DNA from: Candidatus Eiseniibacteriota bacterium
GTDB taxonomy: Bacteria; Eisenbacteria; RBG-16-71-46
Reading direction: 5' to 3'
DNA length: 64,000 nt
Assembly (NCBI GenBank): GCA_963717935.1
Contig: CAVQXP010000004.1
Coordinates: forward strand, 896,001 to 960,000
The position numbers were made by a program, and so were the translations under genes. Position 1 is the stretch's first letter; each line of letters begins with the position of its first letter. The notes beneath the pieces are model-generated. The model made no database searches, was not told the origin of the DNA, and saw only the letters and a list, made by a program, of their open reading frames with translations. Positions 19,958 to 30,767 of this stretch are shown in pieces.

Positions 19958-21691
19958 ATGCGCCCCGCCCGCCGCAAGCCCTCCAAGGAGACGCGACTTC
20001 CCGGCCGGGCCCGCGGTCTCCGCCGGGAGCGCTGGTGGGTCGTCGCGCTCCTGGTGGTCCACGTGGCGCTCGCGGTCTGGGGCGTGCTGCGCAACTCGGT
20101 CACCTTCGACGAGAACTTCCACCTGCCCTCGGGCGTGATGATCGCCGCGCGCGGCGAGCTGCGCGTCTCGGCGGTCAATCCCCCGCTGGTGAAGGCGCTG
20201 TGCGGAGCCGCCGCACTCGCCGCAGGCGCGCGGCTGCCGGCCGACGAAGCGCTCCGCGATGGCGAGCAGGGTCTGGTGGGCGAGTCGTTCATGCGCGCGA
20301 ACGCCGACCGCTACCAGCGCGTGTTCGTGGCGGCGAGGCTGGTGATCGTGCTGCTCTCGGTGCTGCTGGGCCTGCTGGTGTGGCGGGTCGCGAGACGCCT
20401 TTACGGGCCGCGGGGCGGCGTGCTCGCGCTGGGCTTCTACGCCTTCATGCCCGAGGTCCTCGCGCATGCGGGCCTCGTCACCCTGGACCTCGCGACCGGG
20501 CTCTCGTGGCTGGCGAGCGTGTACGCCTTCTGGATGTTCGCGCGCTCGGGGCGCTGGGGCTGGTGGGGGATGGCGGTGGCTGCGGTCTCGTTCGCGTTCC
20601 TGGTGCGGTTCACGGCGCTGCTGCTCGGACCCGTGCTGCTCGCGATCGCGCTGCTCACGGTGGTGCGGCGCCAGGCGCGCCGGCCCGGCAGGCTGTGGGC
20701 CGGACTCGCTCTGCTCGTGCCGCTGGTGCTCGTGGTCCTCGGTGCCGGCTATCTCGGCCGGGTGTCGTTCGCGCCCATCGGGCACGCCGGATTCGAGTCG
20801 CACCGCCTCGAGTCGCTTTCGCGCGCAGCGCCCTGGCTGCGGCTGCCGCTTCCCGATACGTGGCTCGGAGGGCTGGACCGGCAGCTGGTGGAATCGCAGG
20901 CGGGTGTCACACCCGCGTACCTGCTCGGCCGCGTGATCCCGCGCGCCGTCTGGTACTACTTCCCGCTCGCCTTCCTCTTCAAGTGGCCGCTGGGATTCCT
21001 GGGAGCGCTGCTGGCGCGCACCCGGCTCGCCCTTGCACGCCGGCGCCGACGCGGCGACTTCCTCGCGGTGCCCGTCGCGGTACTCCTCGGGGTCGGGATG
21101 TTCGCGGGCAACCTCGACATCGGGATCCGCTACCTGTTCCCGCTCGTGCCGTTCCTGTGCGTGTGGCTCGGTGGCCTCGGCTCGGTGCGCCTGCTCGCGC
21201 ACCTGAAGGGGCGGGGCCGCCTCTGGCTGCGCGTGGGACTCGCGCTCGCCGTGCTGCAGGCGGTCGAGGCGGGACTCGCCGCGCCCTGGTACCTCTCGTT
21301 CTTCAACTGGCCCTCGGGCGGGCCTGGCGGCGGCTACCGGCTGGTCAACGACTCGAACGTGGACTGGGGGCAGGGATTGATCGCGCTGCGCGACGAGATG
21401 AGGCAGCGCGGCATCGGGCGCATCCACCTCGCCTACCACGGCACGGCCGACCCCGCCGTCTACGGGATCGACTACGTGCCCTACCTGGGTGGCACGCCGG
21501 GGAAGGAGAGCGACTGGGTCGCGGTGAGCAGCTACTACTTCGTGGGGCTCGGCCAGCGCATGATGACGCCGCGCGGCCGCACGCAGCCCCTGCGGATCGA
21601 CTTCCGCCCGCTCTGGGCCGTGCGACCCGTGGCGCGTCCCGCCGACTGCATCTACCTCTTCCCGCTGCGCAGGGCGAGGAGCGGGCGGTAG
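19958..21691 (+). CDS. Glycosyltransferase family 39 / ArnT-PMT-like membrane protein
   Basis: TFDENFH, NPPLVK, WYYFP, IGIRYLFP, DSNVDWGQ; many TM helices. Confidence 0.8.
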   Translation: MRPARRKPSKETRLPGRARGLRRERWWVVALLVVHVALAVWGVLRNSVTFDENFHLPSGVMIAARGELRVSAVNPPLVKALCGAAALAAGARLPADEALRDGEQGLVGESFMRANADRYQRVFVAARLVIVLLSVLLGLLVWRVARRLYGPRGGVLALGFYAFMPEVLAHAGLVTLDLATGLSWLASVYAFWMFARSGRWGWWGMAVAAVSFAFLVRFTALLLGPVLLAIALLTVVRRQARRPGRLWAGLALLVPLVLVVLGAGYLGRVSFAPIGHAGFESHRLESLSRAAPWLRLPLPDTWLGGLDRQLVESQAGVTPAYLLGRVIPRAVWYYFPLAFLFKWPLGFLGALLARTRLALARRRRRGDFLAVPVAVLLGVGMFAGNLDIGIRYLFPLVPFLCVWLGGLGSVRLLAHLKGRGRLWLRVGLALAVLQAVEAGLAAPWYLSFFNWPSGGPGGGYRLVNDSNVDWGQGLIALRDEMRQRGIGRIHLAYHGTADPAVYGIDYVPYLGGTPGKESDWVAVSSYYFVGLGQRMMTPRGRTQPLRIDFRPLWAVRPVARPADCIYLFPLRRARSGR

Positions 21692-21725
21692 TCCCGCGGG
21701 CGGTGGCGGGCAGCGCGCCGCCCGC

Positions 21726-22952
21726 TCAATGCAACTGGACCATCTGGAACCAGAGCGTCCCCCAGGCGTTGACGGCCACGCCGAGGGCCGTGAGGACCGC
21801 GGCCAGCCAGCCCGGGACGCGCCTCGCGGCGAGCGCGCACGCGGCGAGCGCGAGCGCGATCCAATCGAGCGCGAAGCGCTGCCCGAACTGCACCCAGCCG
21901 TCGTTGTAGTACAGCAGCGAGGGCAGCGCGATGAGCAGCGCGGTGCCGAGCATCACCCACTCGTGCGTCGTGACCCGCCGCGGCGCGAACAGGAGCAGCA
22001 GGAACGGCGTGGTGAGCAGCAGGCTCAGGCCGTGGCCGTCCGGCACCAGAGCGCCGTATTCGAGGCGCGGGAGGGCGAACAGCCAGCCGCCCAGGTTGTG
22101 CGGCAGGAAGTGCAGATTGAAGCGCCCGTAGCGTTCGATGAGGGCCTTGAACTCGTCGCCCATCAGGATGTAGTGGTAGCCGGCGTCGGTGAAGCTGCCG
22201 AAGCGCGCGAAGTTGTAGAGCCCGTGAAGCGCCACGGCGAGCACGACGGGCACGCCCAGTGCGAGCGCCGCGCGCCCCAGCCGCGCGCGCGGCGGCGGGT
22301 CCTCGCCCCCCCCGCGCCGCAGCAGGAGCCAGAGAGCGAGCGGCGCCGCCAGCGCCACGGTGGGGCGCGTGAGCACGGAGAGCCCCAGGGCCACGCCGCT
22401 CCACCACCCGCGTCCGCGCGCCGCCATCCACAGCGCCCAGCACTGCAGCGCGGTCGCGCTGATCTGCGCGTGCAACCAGACGTTCCCCATGGGCGCGCCG
22501 TAGTGCATGGCGGTGCCGAGGGCGAAGGTGAGCGTGGCCAGCGCGCGGCGGAAGCGGTCCGGCGGGTCGGGCAGCGCCGCGAGGAAGCGGTCGAAGGCGA
22601 AGATCGCGAAGAGCGCGGTGAGCACCAGGACCAGCACGTCCGGGGTCGCCGGCCCGAAGAAGGGCACGAGCGGCATCAACAGCAGGGCCGGGAGCGGGCC
22701 GAAGACGATGAAGGCCCTGCCGGCCACGATGGCCATGTCCCCGGCTTCGGCGGGATGGTGGAAGAGGTGGAGTTGGCCGTGCGCGAACGCGTCGGCCAGG
22801 TAGACGTAGTGGCTCCAGTGCGACGTGCGCCAGAGCGCGCCGCCGGTCTCGAACAGCCAGGCCGCGAGCGTGGCGCCGAGCAACAGCCAGATGAGCCGGT
22901 CGCCGCCCCCGGGCCGGGCCGCGGGTCTCGCGCCGTGCCGGCGTGCCGCCAT
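21726..22952 (-). CDS. Polytopic membrane protein, probable GT-C-fold glycosyltransferase
   Basis: YLADAFAHG, LTRP, YNFARFGS, GWVQFGQRFALD; many TM helices. Confidence 0.6.
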   Translation of the reverse strand: MAARRHGARPAARPGGGDRLIWLLLGATLAAWLFETGGALWRTSHWSHYVYLADAFAHGQLHLFHHPAEAGDMAIVAGRAFIVFGPLPALLLMPLVPFFGPATPDVLVLVLTALFAIFAFDRFLAALPDPPDRFRRALATLTFALGTAMHYGAPMGNVWLHAQISATALQCWALWMAARGRGWWSGVALGLSVLTRPTVALAAPLALWLLLRRGGGEDPPPRARLGRAALALGVPVVLAVALHGLYNFARFGSFTDAGYHYILMGDEFKALIERYGRFNLHFLPHNLGGWLFALPRLEYGALVPDGHGLSLLLTTPFLLLLFAPRRVTTHEWVMLGTALLIALPSLLYYNDGWVQFGQRFALDWIALALAACALAARRVPGWLAAVLTALGVAVNAWGTLWFQMVQLH

Positions 22953-22956
22953 CGCC

Positions 22957-24393
22957 CTAGGCCGTCCCCAGCCGGTGCACCCGCAGCGAGTTGGTCGTGC
23001 CGGCCACTCCCGGGGGCGTGCCCGCCACCATCACGACCAGGTCGCCGGGCTCGCCGCGGCCCAGCTCGAGCATGGCGTGCGTCACCTGGTGCACCATCTC
23101 GTCGGTGGTGCGCACGTCGGGCACCACGAAGGTCTCCACCCCCCAGACCACGGAGAGCTGACTGCGCACGGCGGGCTCGCTCGTGAAGGCGTAGAGCGGC
23201 ACGGGCTCGCGGTGCGAGGCGAGCAGGCACGCGGTCGAACCGGACCGCGTGAAGGCGACGAGCGCCTGGGCACCGAGGTCGCGCGCGGTCCGGGCCGCGG
23301 CGCACGCGATGGCCGCCTGCACCGAGGTCCGGTCCTTCAGCGGGGGCAGGGAACGGAGACTCTCGACCTCGGCCGCGAGGATGATCCGTCGCATCGTGGC
23401 CACGACCTCGACGGGGTAGCGCCCGATGGTGGTCTCGGCCGTGAGCAGGAGCGCATCGGCCCCGTCGAGCACGGCGTTGGCCACGTCCGAGACCTCGGCG
23501 CGCGTGGGCCGCGAATGGCACACCATCGAATCGAGCATCTGGGTCGCCACGATGACCGGCCGCGCGTGCTCGCGGGCCATCTGCACCGCGTGCTTCTGGA
23601 CCAGCGGCACGTCCTCGAGCGGCATCTCCACGCCCAGGTCGCCGCGCGCCACGAGCACGCCGTCGAAGGCCTTCACGATGGCCTCCATCTGGAGCACCGC
23701 CTCGGGCTTCTCGAGCTTGGCGAAGACCGGCACGCGCCGGCCCGCCGCGTCCATGACGCGGCGCACCTCGACGGCGGCGTCCGCGCTGCGCACGAACGAG
23801 AGCGCCACCATGTCCACGCCCAGCTCGAGCGCGAAGCGCAGGTCGTCGATGTCCTTGAGGGTCAGCGCGGGGGCGCTCACCTTCACGCCCGGCAGGTTGA
23901 TGCCCTTGTGGTCGGAGACCTCGCCGCCCTCGACGACGCGGCAGCTCACCCGCACGCCGTCGCTGGCGAGTGCCTCGAGCCGCACCAGGCCGTCGTTCAC
24001 CAGCAGCACGTCGCCCGGCCTGACGTCGCGCGCGAGGCCGTCGTAGGTGCTCGAGGCCTGGTGCGCGTCGCCCGGGACGGGCTCGGTGGTGATGACGAAC
24101 GAGGCCCCCGCCTCGAGCACCACCGGGCCGGCGGGGAAGACGCCCAGGCGGATCTTGGGCCCGGAGAGGTCGGCCATGATCCCGACCGCGCGCCCGGCCG
24201 CATCGCTGGCGGTGCGCACCCGCCCGTAGTGGGCGCGATGCTGGTCGTGGGTGCCGTGCGAGAAGTTGAGGCGGGCCGCGTCCATGCCCGCCGCCACCAG
24301 GGCGTGCACCGCCTCGAGCGTGTCCGTCGCGGGGCCCAGCGAGCAGATGATCTTGACCCGCGGCGTCACGCCCGCGGTCTGTGCGCTCGACAT
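22957..24393 (-). CDS. pyk: Pyruvate kinase
   Basis: KIICSLGPA, ARLNFSHG, DLSGPKIR, AKLE, VARGDLG, ATQMLDSM, PTRAEVSDVANA. Confidence 0.97.
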   Translation of the reverse strand: MSSAQTAGVTPRVKIICSLGPATDTLEAVHALVAAGMDAARLNFSHGTHDQHRAHYGRVRTASDAAGRAVGIMADLSGPKIRLGVFPAGPVVLEAGASFVITTEPVPGDAHQASSTYDGLARDVRPGDVLLVNDGLVRLEALASDGVRVSCRVVEGGEVSDHKGINLPGVKVSAPALTLKDIDDLRFALELGVDMVALSFVRSADAAVEVRRVMDAAGRRVPVFAKLEKPEAVLQMEAIVKAFDGVLVARGDLGVEMPLEDVPLVQKHAVQMAREHARPVIVATQMLDSMVCHSRPTRAEVSDVANAVLDGADALLLTAETTIGRYPVEVVATMRRIILAAEVESLRSLPPLKDRTSVQAAIACAAARTARDLGAQALVAFTRSGSTACLLASHREPVPLYAFTSEPAVRSQLSVVWGVETFVVPDVRTTDEMVHQVTHAMLELGRGEPGDLVVMVAGTPPGVAGTTNSLRVHRLGTA

Positions 24394-24420
24394 GCCGCTG
24401 GACCTCCGGCGCAAAGGAAT

Positions 24421-24450
24421 GACCGCGGCCACGGGGGGGTGGCCGCGGTC
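24421..24450 (-). terminator. Hairpin downstream of the tRNA cluster
   Basis: Perfect 12-bp inverted repeat GACCGCGGCCAC-N6-GTGGCCGCGGTC, followed by ATTCCTTT on the minus strand. Confidence 0.55.
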
Positions 24451-24457
24451 GAGAGAT

Positions 24458-24534
24458 TGGGGTGGATGATGGGGTTTGAACCCACGACCCCCTGAGCCAC
24501 AGTCAGGTGCTCTGCCAGCTGAGCTACACCCACC
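24458..24534 (-). tRNA. tRNA-His(GTG) with encoded G-1
   Basis: Reverse complement G-GTGGGTG...CCTGA-CTGTGGC-TCAGG...CATCCAC-C-CCA. Confidence 0.95.
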
Positions 24535-24570
24535 GCCATTCGAACTCGATGCATGAAGGGCGCGAAAGAC

Positions 24571-24647
24571 TGGCGCGCCTGGAGGGAATCGAACCCCCGA
24601 CCGACGGATTAGAAATCCGTTGCTCTATCCTTCTGAGCTACAGGCGC
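24571..24647 (-). tRNA. tRNA-Arg(TCT)
   Basis: Reverse complement GCGCCTG...ACGGA-TTTCTAA-TCCGT...CAGGCGC-G-CCA. Confidence 0.95.
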
Positions 24648-24750
24648 AGGACGATTCCATCCGGGCCCACGGCCTGGAATCCGGGACACGAATCCCCGAA
24701 CCCGCCCGGACGGGTGCCCCACCCGCCGGGCGCCCGCCCAGGCGGCAAGT

Positions 24751-24827
<77 letters not shown>

Positions 24828-24853
24828 GACTGCCCGCAGGCATTCGACTGCGG

Positions 24854-24882
24854 AGGATAAGGGCGGGCTCAGGGGGCGTCAA
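24854..24882 (-). promoter_or_regulatory. Sigma70-type promoter for tRNA Pro-Arg-His
   Basis: Minus strand TTGACG-N17-TATCCT. Confidence 0.65.
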
Positions 24883-25082
24883 ACGCGGGGTTGCCGCGGC
24901 TCCGTGCCCGTGCGGGGCCAGCCCCGCTGCGGGACGGTCGCGGCGGGCGAGGCTGCACGGCCCTGTGCCCCGGCCCTCGCGCGCGTTGCGCCCGCGCACC
25001 GCGGACCGTATGCTCCCGCGGACAGCGGATGGCCCCCGGCGACACGGACGGCCCCCGGCTGGCATTGAACGAGGGGGAGAGC

Positions 25083-25511
25083 ATGGGTGTGAACAAGGTG
25101 ATCCTGGTCGGGAACCTGGGGGCGAACCCCGAGATGCGATCCACCCAGGGTGGCCAGAAGGTCGCCAACCTGCGGCTCGCGACCACCGAGCGCTGGACCG
25201 ACAAGAACGGCCAGAAGCAGGAACAGACCGAGTGGCATCGGGTGGTGGTCTGGGGCAAGCAGGCCGAGTTCTGCGGCCAGTACCTCGTCAAGGGCCGGCA
25301 GATCTACGTCGAGGGCCGTATCCAGACCCGGCAATGGCAGGATCAGCAGGGGCAGAAGCGCTACAGCACCGAAGTCGTGGCGCAGGTCATCCAGCTGCTG
25401 GGCAATCGCCCGGACGGTGCTCCGCGCGAGGACCCGAGCGCGATGATGCCACCCGACGAGGCCGTGACGAACGGTTTCGGCGGCGGGCCGGACGACGACA
25501 TCCCGTTCTAG
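25083..25511 (+). CDS. ssb: Single-stranded DNA-binding protein
   Basis: [28 protein letters not shown]-terminal DDDIPF. Confidence 0.97.
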   Translation: MGVNKVILVGNLGANPEMRSTQGGQKVANLRLATTERWTDKNGQKQEQTEWHRVVVWGKQAEFCGQYLVKGRQIYVEGRIQTRQWQDQQGQKRYSTEVVAQVIQLLGNRPDGAPREDPSAMMPPDEAVTNGFGGGPDDDIPF

Positions 25512-25870
25512 GGGGCGAACGGTCTCGACGGGGGCCGAGAAGCAGGAAGTGCAGGCCGGGGACCCGTGACCTCGTCAAAAAAGCGGGACCATACAACTGC
25601 CAATGAGCAGTTGGCTTTCGCTGCCTAGCTAAACACTAGCAGCGACGGCCGCCCGGACCCCGCCTGTGGGGGCTGGAGCGGGCGTCAGACAAACGCAGGC
25701 TGGTCCGAGGTCAGGCCCGAGGGCGGAGGACGAGATCAATAGAGGGCTGGCGTGCCGCTGATCCCGCCGGTCGGAGCGGGGGTACGCGAGATCCAATCGG
25801 CCGGACAAGCCTGTAGGACTTCCTGGGGACCGACTTTCGGACGCGGGTTCGATTCCCGCCGCCTCCACCA
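25511..25870 (+). ncRNA. ssrA: tmRNA; tag peptide (A)ANEQLAFAA at 25599..25628
   Basis: GGGGGCG 5' end with TCGAC motif; 3' end GGTTCGATTCCCGCCGCCTCCACCA; internal frame ending in AA-stop. Confidence 0.95.
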
Positions 25871-25873
25871 ACT

Positions 25874-25905
25874 CCCGGGCCGTTCCCGAAAGGGGCGGCC
25901 CCCGG
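25874..25905 (+). terminator. GC-rich hairpin after ssrA
   Basis: GGGCCGTTCCC-GAAA-GGGGCGGCCC stem-loop; no U tract. Confidence 0.45.
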
Positions 25906-25957
25906 CACACGATGACCGTCACCCGCCACCCACGCATCCAGTGGAACGTTTGACCAC

Positions 25958-28406
25958 ATGAGCCCATCTGGAAGACGCCCCCGAGCCGGGCGCTCCACGA
26001 AGAAGAAGCCGACGCGCTCTCCCTCGCGCCCGGCCGCGGCTGCACCCCCCAGGTCGGCAGCGCCGGCGCGGCCGAAGGCGCGCCCCGCCGCGGCCGGGCA
26101 GCGGCGGGACGAAGCGGGGCTGCGCGCGAGCGAGGAACGCTGCCGCGCGCTGGTCGAGCAGGCTGCGGACGGCATCGTCGTCGCCGACGGGGACTTCCGC
26201 ATCCTCGAGGTGAATCCGGCCTTCTGCACGATGATGGGCTATCCCCGCGACGCATTGCTGCAGGGCAGCGCGTGCGATTTCTTCGCGTCCGAGGATCTGG
26301 CCGCACGCCCGCTCACGATCGAACCCCTGATGGGGGGGGCGGCGTTGCTTACCTGCCGCCGGCTGCGCCGCAGGGACGGCACGATCTTCGTGGCGGAGTG
26401 CAGCTCGAAGCGCCTCGTGGATGGCCGCATCCTCGTGATCCTCCGCGACATCACCGAGCAGAAGCGCGCGGAGGAAGCGCTGCGCGAGAGCGAGGAGCGG
26501 TTCCGGCGCGTGTTCGAGTCGGAGATGATGGGCATGGTCTTCGGCCTGCGCGGGGGCCCGGTGGCGAAGGCCAACGACTACTTCCTGCGCCTCGTGGGCT
26601 ACACCCGTGACGACCTGCTCGCGGGCCGGTTGCGCTGGGACGCGATCGTGCCGCCCGAGTTCGCGCACCTCACCGAGGAGGCGGTGCGGCAGGCCCGTGT
26701 GGCCGGTACCAGCAAGCCCTTCGAGACCGAGTTCATCCGCAAGGACGGCACCCGCGTGCCGGCGCTGTGCGGCACCACGTTCATCGGATCCGCGCGTGGC
26801 CTCGGGGGCGGGTTCGTGCTGGACCTCACCGGGCTCCGACGCACCGAGCAGCGCCTGGCGGAGAGCGAGCGCTATCTCGAACGGGCCCAGGTGCTGGCGC
26901 ACGTCGGCACCTGGGACGCCGACCTCGCGACGATGACCGCCACCTTTTCGGACGAGATGCTGCGCATCTTCGGCAGGCCGCCTGGCGGTCCTGCCGTCAC
27001 CTATTCCGAGTTCATCGCAGCCATCCACCCGGACGATCGTCCGGCAGTGGAGCAGACCATCCGGCAAGCGATCACGCGGCCCGGCGAGCAGAAGTTCGAG
27101 CACCGCCTCGTGCGTCCGGACGGCACCGTGCGCATCGTGGAGGCCACCTCCGAGTCCGTATGGGACGCTTCGGGCCGGCCCGCGCGGATCATCGGCTCGG
27201 CCCAGGACATCACCGAGCGTCGCTTCCTCGAGCTGCAGTTGCGCGAGGCGCAGAAGCTCGAAGCCATCGGCCGGCTCGCAGGCGGCGTGGCGCACGACTT
27301 CAACAACCTGCTCACGGTCATCCTCGGCTTCACCGAGACCCTGCTGGAAGGTCTGCCCGCGGGGGACACGCGACGCGCGAGCGCCGAGCAGATCCGCGCG
27401 GCCGGGCGGCGCGCGGCCAGGCTCACCCAGCAACTGCTCGCCTTCGGCCGCCGGCAGGTGCTCCGGACGCAGGTGTTCGACCTGAACGTGGTGCTGGCGG
27501 AGATGCGGGACATCCTCGAGCGGCTCATCGGCGGGGAGATCGAGATCGTCATCTCGCCGGACGCCAGACCGTGCCTGGTCGAGGCGGACCGCGGGCAGCT
27601 CGAGCAGGTCATCCTGAACCTGGTGCTCAACGCGCGCGACGCGATGCCGGCCGGCGGGCGCCTCGGCATCGCGACGCGCAGGGTCGAGCCCTCCACCGGC
27701 GAGCAGCGCGCGTCCTGGCTGGAGCTCGCCGTGAGCGACACCGGCACGGGCATGAGCCCCGAGGTCCAGGCGCAGATCTTCGAGCCGTTCTTCACCACGA
27801 AGGAAGTGGGACAGGGGACCGGTCTCGGCCTCGCCACGGTCCACGGCATCGTGACCCAGACGGGCGGCCACATCGAGGTGAGCAGCGCCCTCGGGAAGGG
27901 CACGACCTTCCGCGTGTTCCTGCCCTGTACGGAGCAGGAGGCGGACCCGGTGGAGGCCGCGCCCGCGGAGTCCGGGTCGGACGGCGTGGAGACCGTGCTC
28001 CTGGTCGAGGACGAGAGCGCGGTGCGCGCGCTCATGGCCAGGGTGCTGCGCCGCCGGGGCTATCGCGTGATCGAAGTCGCCGATGGCGACGAGGCGATCG
28101 AGGCCTCGGACCGGCACTCCGGCGTGGTCCACCTGCTGGTCACGGATCTGGTCATGCCGGGGATGAATGGCCGGGAACTGGCGCGCTTCCTGGTGCACGT
28201 GCGCCCGGGTCTGCAGGGTGCTCTTCGTGTCGGGCTACAGCGACCAGAGGGTCGAGCCGCGGAAAGGCCGCGTGGGGAGGGAGGCCTTCCTGCAGAAGCC
28301 CTTCACCCCCGTCGTCCTCGCCGACGTGGTCCGGCAGCTCCTGGACGCCCCGGGTCCTGCCCCGGCTGCGGCCCCGACCCCGGCTCCGGGCCCCTCCGGG
28401 AGTTAG
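25958..28406 (+). CDS. Hybrid sensor histidine kinase/response regulator with three PAS domains, frameshift near 28215
   Basis: PAS/PAC repeats, AHDFNNLL H-box, NARDAM, FEPFFTTK..GTGLGL, receiver LLVED..TDLVMPGMNG; tail VLFVSGY..FLQKPF in ORF 28167..28406. Confidence 0.9.
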
Positions 28407-28548
28407 TCCCGCGGCCGCAGCCGCGCGCCGGAGCCCTCCTTGCGGCCCGTCCGGTCCCCGCGGGCCCCGGGAGACCCCTCCGGGCGATGGCGAGGCCCTC
28501 CGAATCCTCTTGCGGCGGACAGGTTCGGGCGCTTAGTCTCGCGCGCTT

Positions 28549-29251
28549 GTGGATCCTGACGAAGGCACCCTCCTGCAGCGTCTGGACGAGGTCCGCGGCC
28601 GCATCGCCGCGGCGGCGGGCCGTTCGGGGCGCCCCGCGGAGGGGGTGACGCTCGTCGGGGTCACCAAGACGGTGGCGGCGGAAGTGGTGCAGGCGGCGGT
28701 CGCCCTCGGCCTGGCCGACCTGGGTGAGAGCCGGGTGCAGGAGGCGCAGGCCAAGATCCAGACCGTGGGCCGGGACCGGGCGCGCTGGCACCTCATCGGC
28801 CACCTGCAACGCAACAAGGCCGGCCGGGCGGTGGAGTTGTTCGACCGCGTCCACGGCGTGGACGACGCGGAACTGGCCGGGGCGCTCTCCCGGCACGCCG
28901 TCTCGTCCGGGCGATCGCTCCCGGTGCTGGTGGAAGTGAACGTGAGTGGCGAGGCCACCAAGTTCGGCGTCGCCCCTGAAGGGCTCGAGCCCCTGCTCGA
29001 GCGCATCGCGGTCCTGCCGGGCCTGAGGCTCGATGGCCTCATGACCGTGGGGGCGCTGGTCGAGCGCGCGGAGGCTGCGCGCGCGGGCTTCGCGCGGTTG
29101 CGCGCGCTGCGCGACCGCGCGGAGCGGCAGCTCGGGCGGCGTGCTGCCCGAGCTCTCGATGGGCATGAGCGGCGATTTCGAGGTGGCGGTCGAGGAAGGC
29201 AGCACGATGGTGCGCGTGGGCTCGGCGATCTTCGGAGCGCGGTCCGCGTAG
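28549..29251 (+). CDS. yggS: PLP homeostasis protein YggS, frameshift near 29140
   Basis: [53 protein letters not shown] in the shifted frame. Confidence 0.92.
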
Positions 29252-29276
29252 CGACAGGTTCGGGGAGGCTCGCGGC

Positions 29277-29576
29277 ATGTTCGTGGTCGGCAATTTCCTG
29301 GGGGCGGTGGCGGGCTTGCTGGACGTCATCCTGCAGGCCCTGCTGATCGTGATCCTCGTCAACGCCGTGCTCTCGTGGGTGCGGCCGGACCCCTCGAACC
29401 CGATCGTGATGTTCCTGGACCGCGTCTCGGACTTCGTCTGCGCCCCGTTGCGCCGGCTGTTCCCGACGGTGTTCGGCGGCATCGACTTCGCGCCCTTCAT
29501 CGCCATGCTGGCGATCTACTTCATCCAGCAGTTCGTGGTCGGCTCGTTGCGCGGCGTGGCCATGCGGATGGGCTAG
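29277..29576 (+). CDS. yggT: YggT family membrane protein
   Basis: LSWVRPDPSNPIV..PLRRLFP..GIDFAP. Confidence 0.92.
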   Translation: MFVVGNFLGAVAGLLDVILQALLIVILVNAVLSWVRPDPSNPIVMFLDRVSDFVCAPLRRLFPTVFGGIDFAPFIAMLAIYFIQQFVVGSLRGVAMRMG

Positions 29577-29578
29577 GG

Positions 29579-29897
29579 ATGCCGGTCCGCCTGCAGGTGC
29601 GGGTGCACCCCGGCGCGCAGCGGCCAGGCCTCGTCGGACGGCTGGCGGACGGGTCGCTCAAGGTGGCGGTGGCCGAGGCCCCCGAGGGTGGCCGGGCGAA
29701 CCGGGCGGTGGAGGTGCGGTGGCCGGGGTGCTGTCGCTTCGGCGCGCACAGGTGAAGGTGGTGGGCGGCGCGGCCGCACGCCTGAAGCAGGTCGAGATCG
29801 AGGGCCTGGACGCGGCGGAGGTCGAGCGCCGGATCGTCGGGGCGCTCGCTGGAGCGCGGCGAAAGGCATGGCCGAGAGGCGCCACGATGGCAAGTGA
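29579..29897 (+). CDS. DUF167 (YggU) family protein, frameshifted
   Basis: VRVHPGA, LKVAVAEAPEGGRAN, then VVGGAAARLKQVEIEG in another frame; end position uncertain. Confidence 0.8.
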
Positions 29898-30727
29898 GTA
29901 CCTGAAGCGGATCGAAGAGGCGGCGGCGGCGGTGCGCGCGCGCACGCGCGTGCGGCCCGACGCGCGGGCGTGATCCTCGGCACCGGGCTGGGCGACTTCG
30001 CCGACGCGCTCGAGCTCGAGACGGTGGTGCCCTTCGCGGAGATCCCGCACTTCCCGGTCTCGACCGTGGAGAGCCACGCGGGCGAACTGCACCTGGGCCG
30101 GCTGGCGGGCCGCCCGGTGGCGGTGATGAAGGGGCGCGTCCACTACTACGAAGGCTACGCCATGCGCGAGGTCGCCTTCCCGGTGCGCGTGCTCCGGGCC
30201 CTCGGCTGCGGCACGCTCGTCGTCACGAACGCGGTGGGCGGGATGAACCCGGACATGCCGCCGGGGACCATCGTGGTCACGACCGACCACATCAACCTGA
30301 TGGGCGACAACCCGCTCGTCGGCCCCAACGACGACGAGCTGGGCCCGCGCTTCCCCGACATGAGCGAGCCCTACGCGCGCGCGCTGGTCGCGCTCGCGGA
30401 GCGCGTGGCGCTCGACCTCGGCGATCGCGCTGCAGCGTGGCGTGCTGGTCGCGGTGCCGGGCCCGAACCTGGAGACCGCGGCGGAGTACCGCTTCCTGCG
30501 CGCGGTCGGCGCCGACATCGTGGGCATGTCGCTGGTGCCCGAGAACCTCGCCGCCGTGCACGGCGGGCAGCGGGTGCTGGCGTCTCAACGTGGTGACCGA
30601 CGCCTGCCTGCCGGACGCCCTGATGCCTGCCAGCATCCCCGAGATCCTGGCGTGCGCGGGACGCGCGGCGCCCGCGCTCATCCGGCTGGTGACCGAGGTC
30701 ATCCGCCGTCTGGGCGACGAGCAGTGA
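29887..30727 (+). CDS. Purine-nucleoside phosphorylase (trimeric family), copy 1, about three frameshifts
   Basis: [51 protein letters not shown]. Confidence 0.9.
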
Positions 30728-30767
30728 GATCGAGCTCCCGTCCGATCAACGATACGGAGGTGTGACG

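Noticed and set aside
29579..29973. Apparent DUF167-PNP in-frame fusion
   Set aside because: Another frame ends ERRHDGK-stop overlapping the PNP ATG in typical coupled fashion, and the region has several indels.
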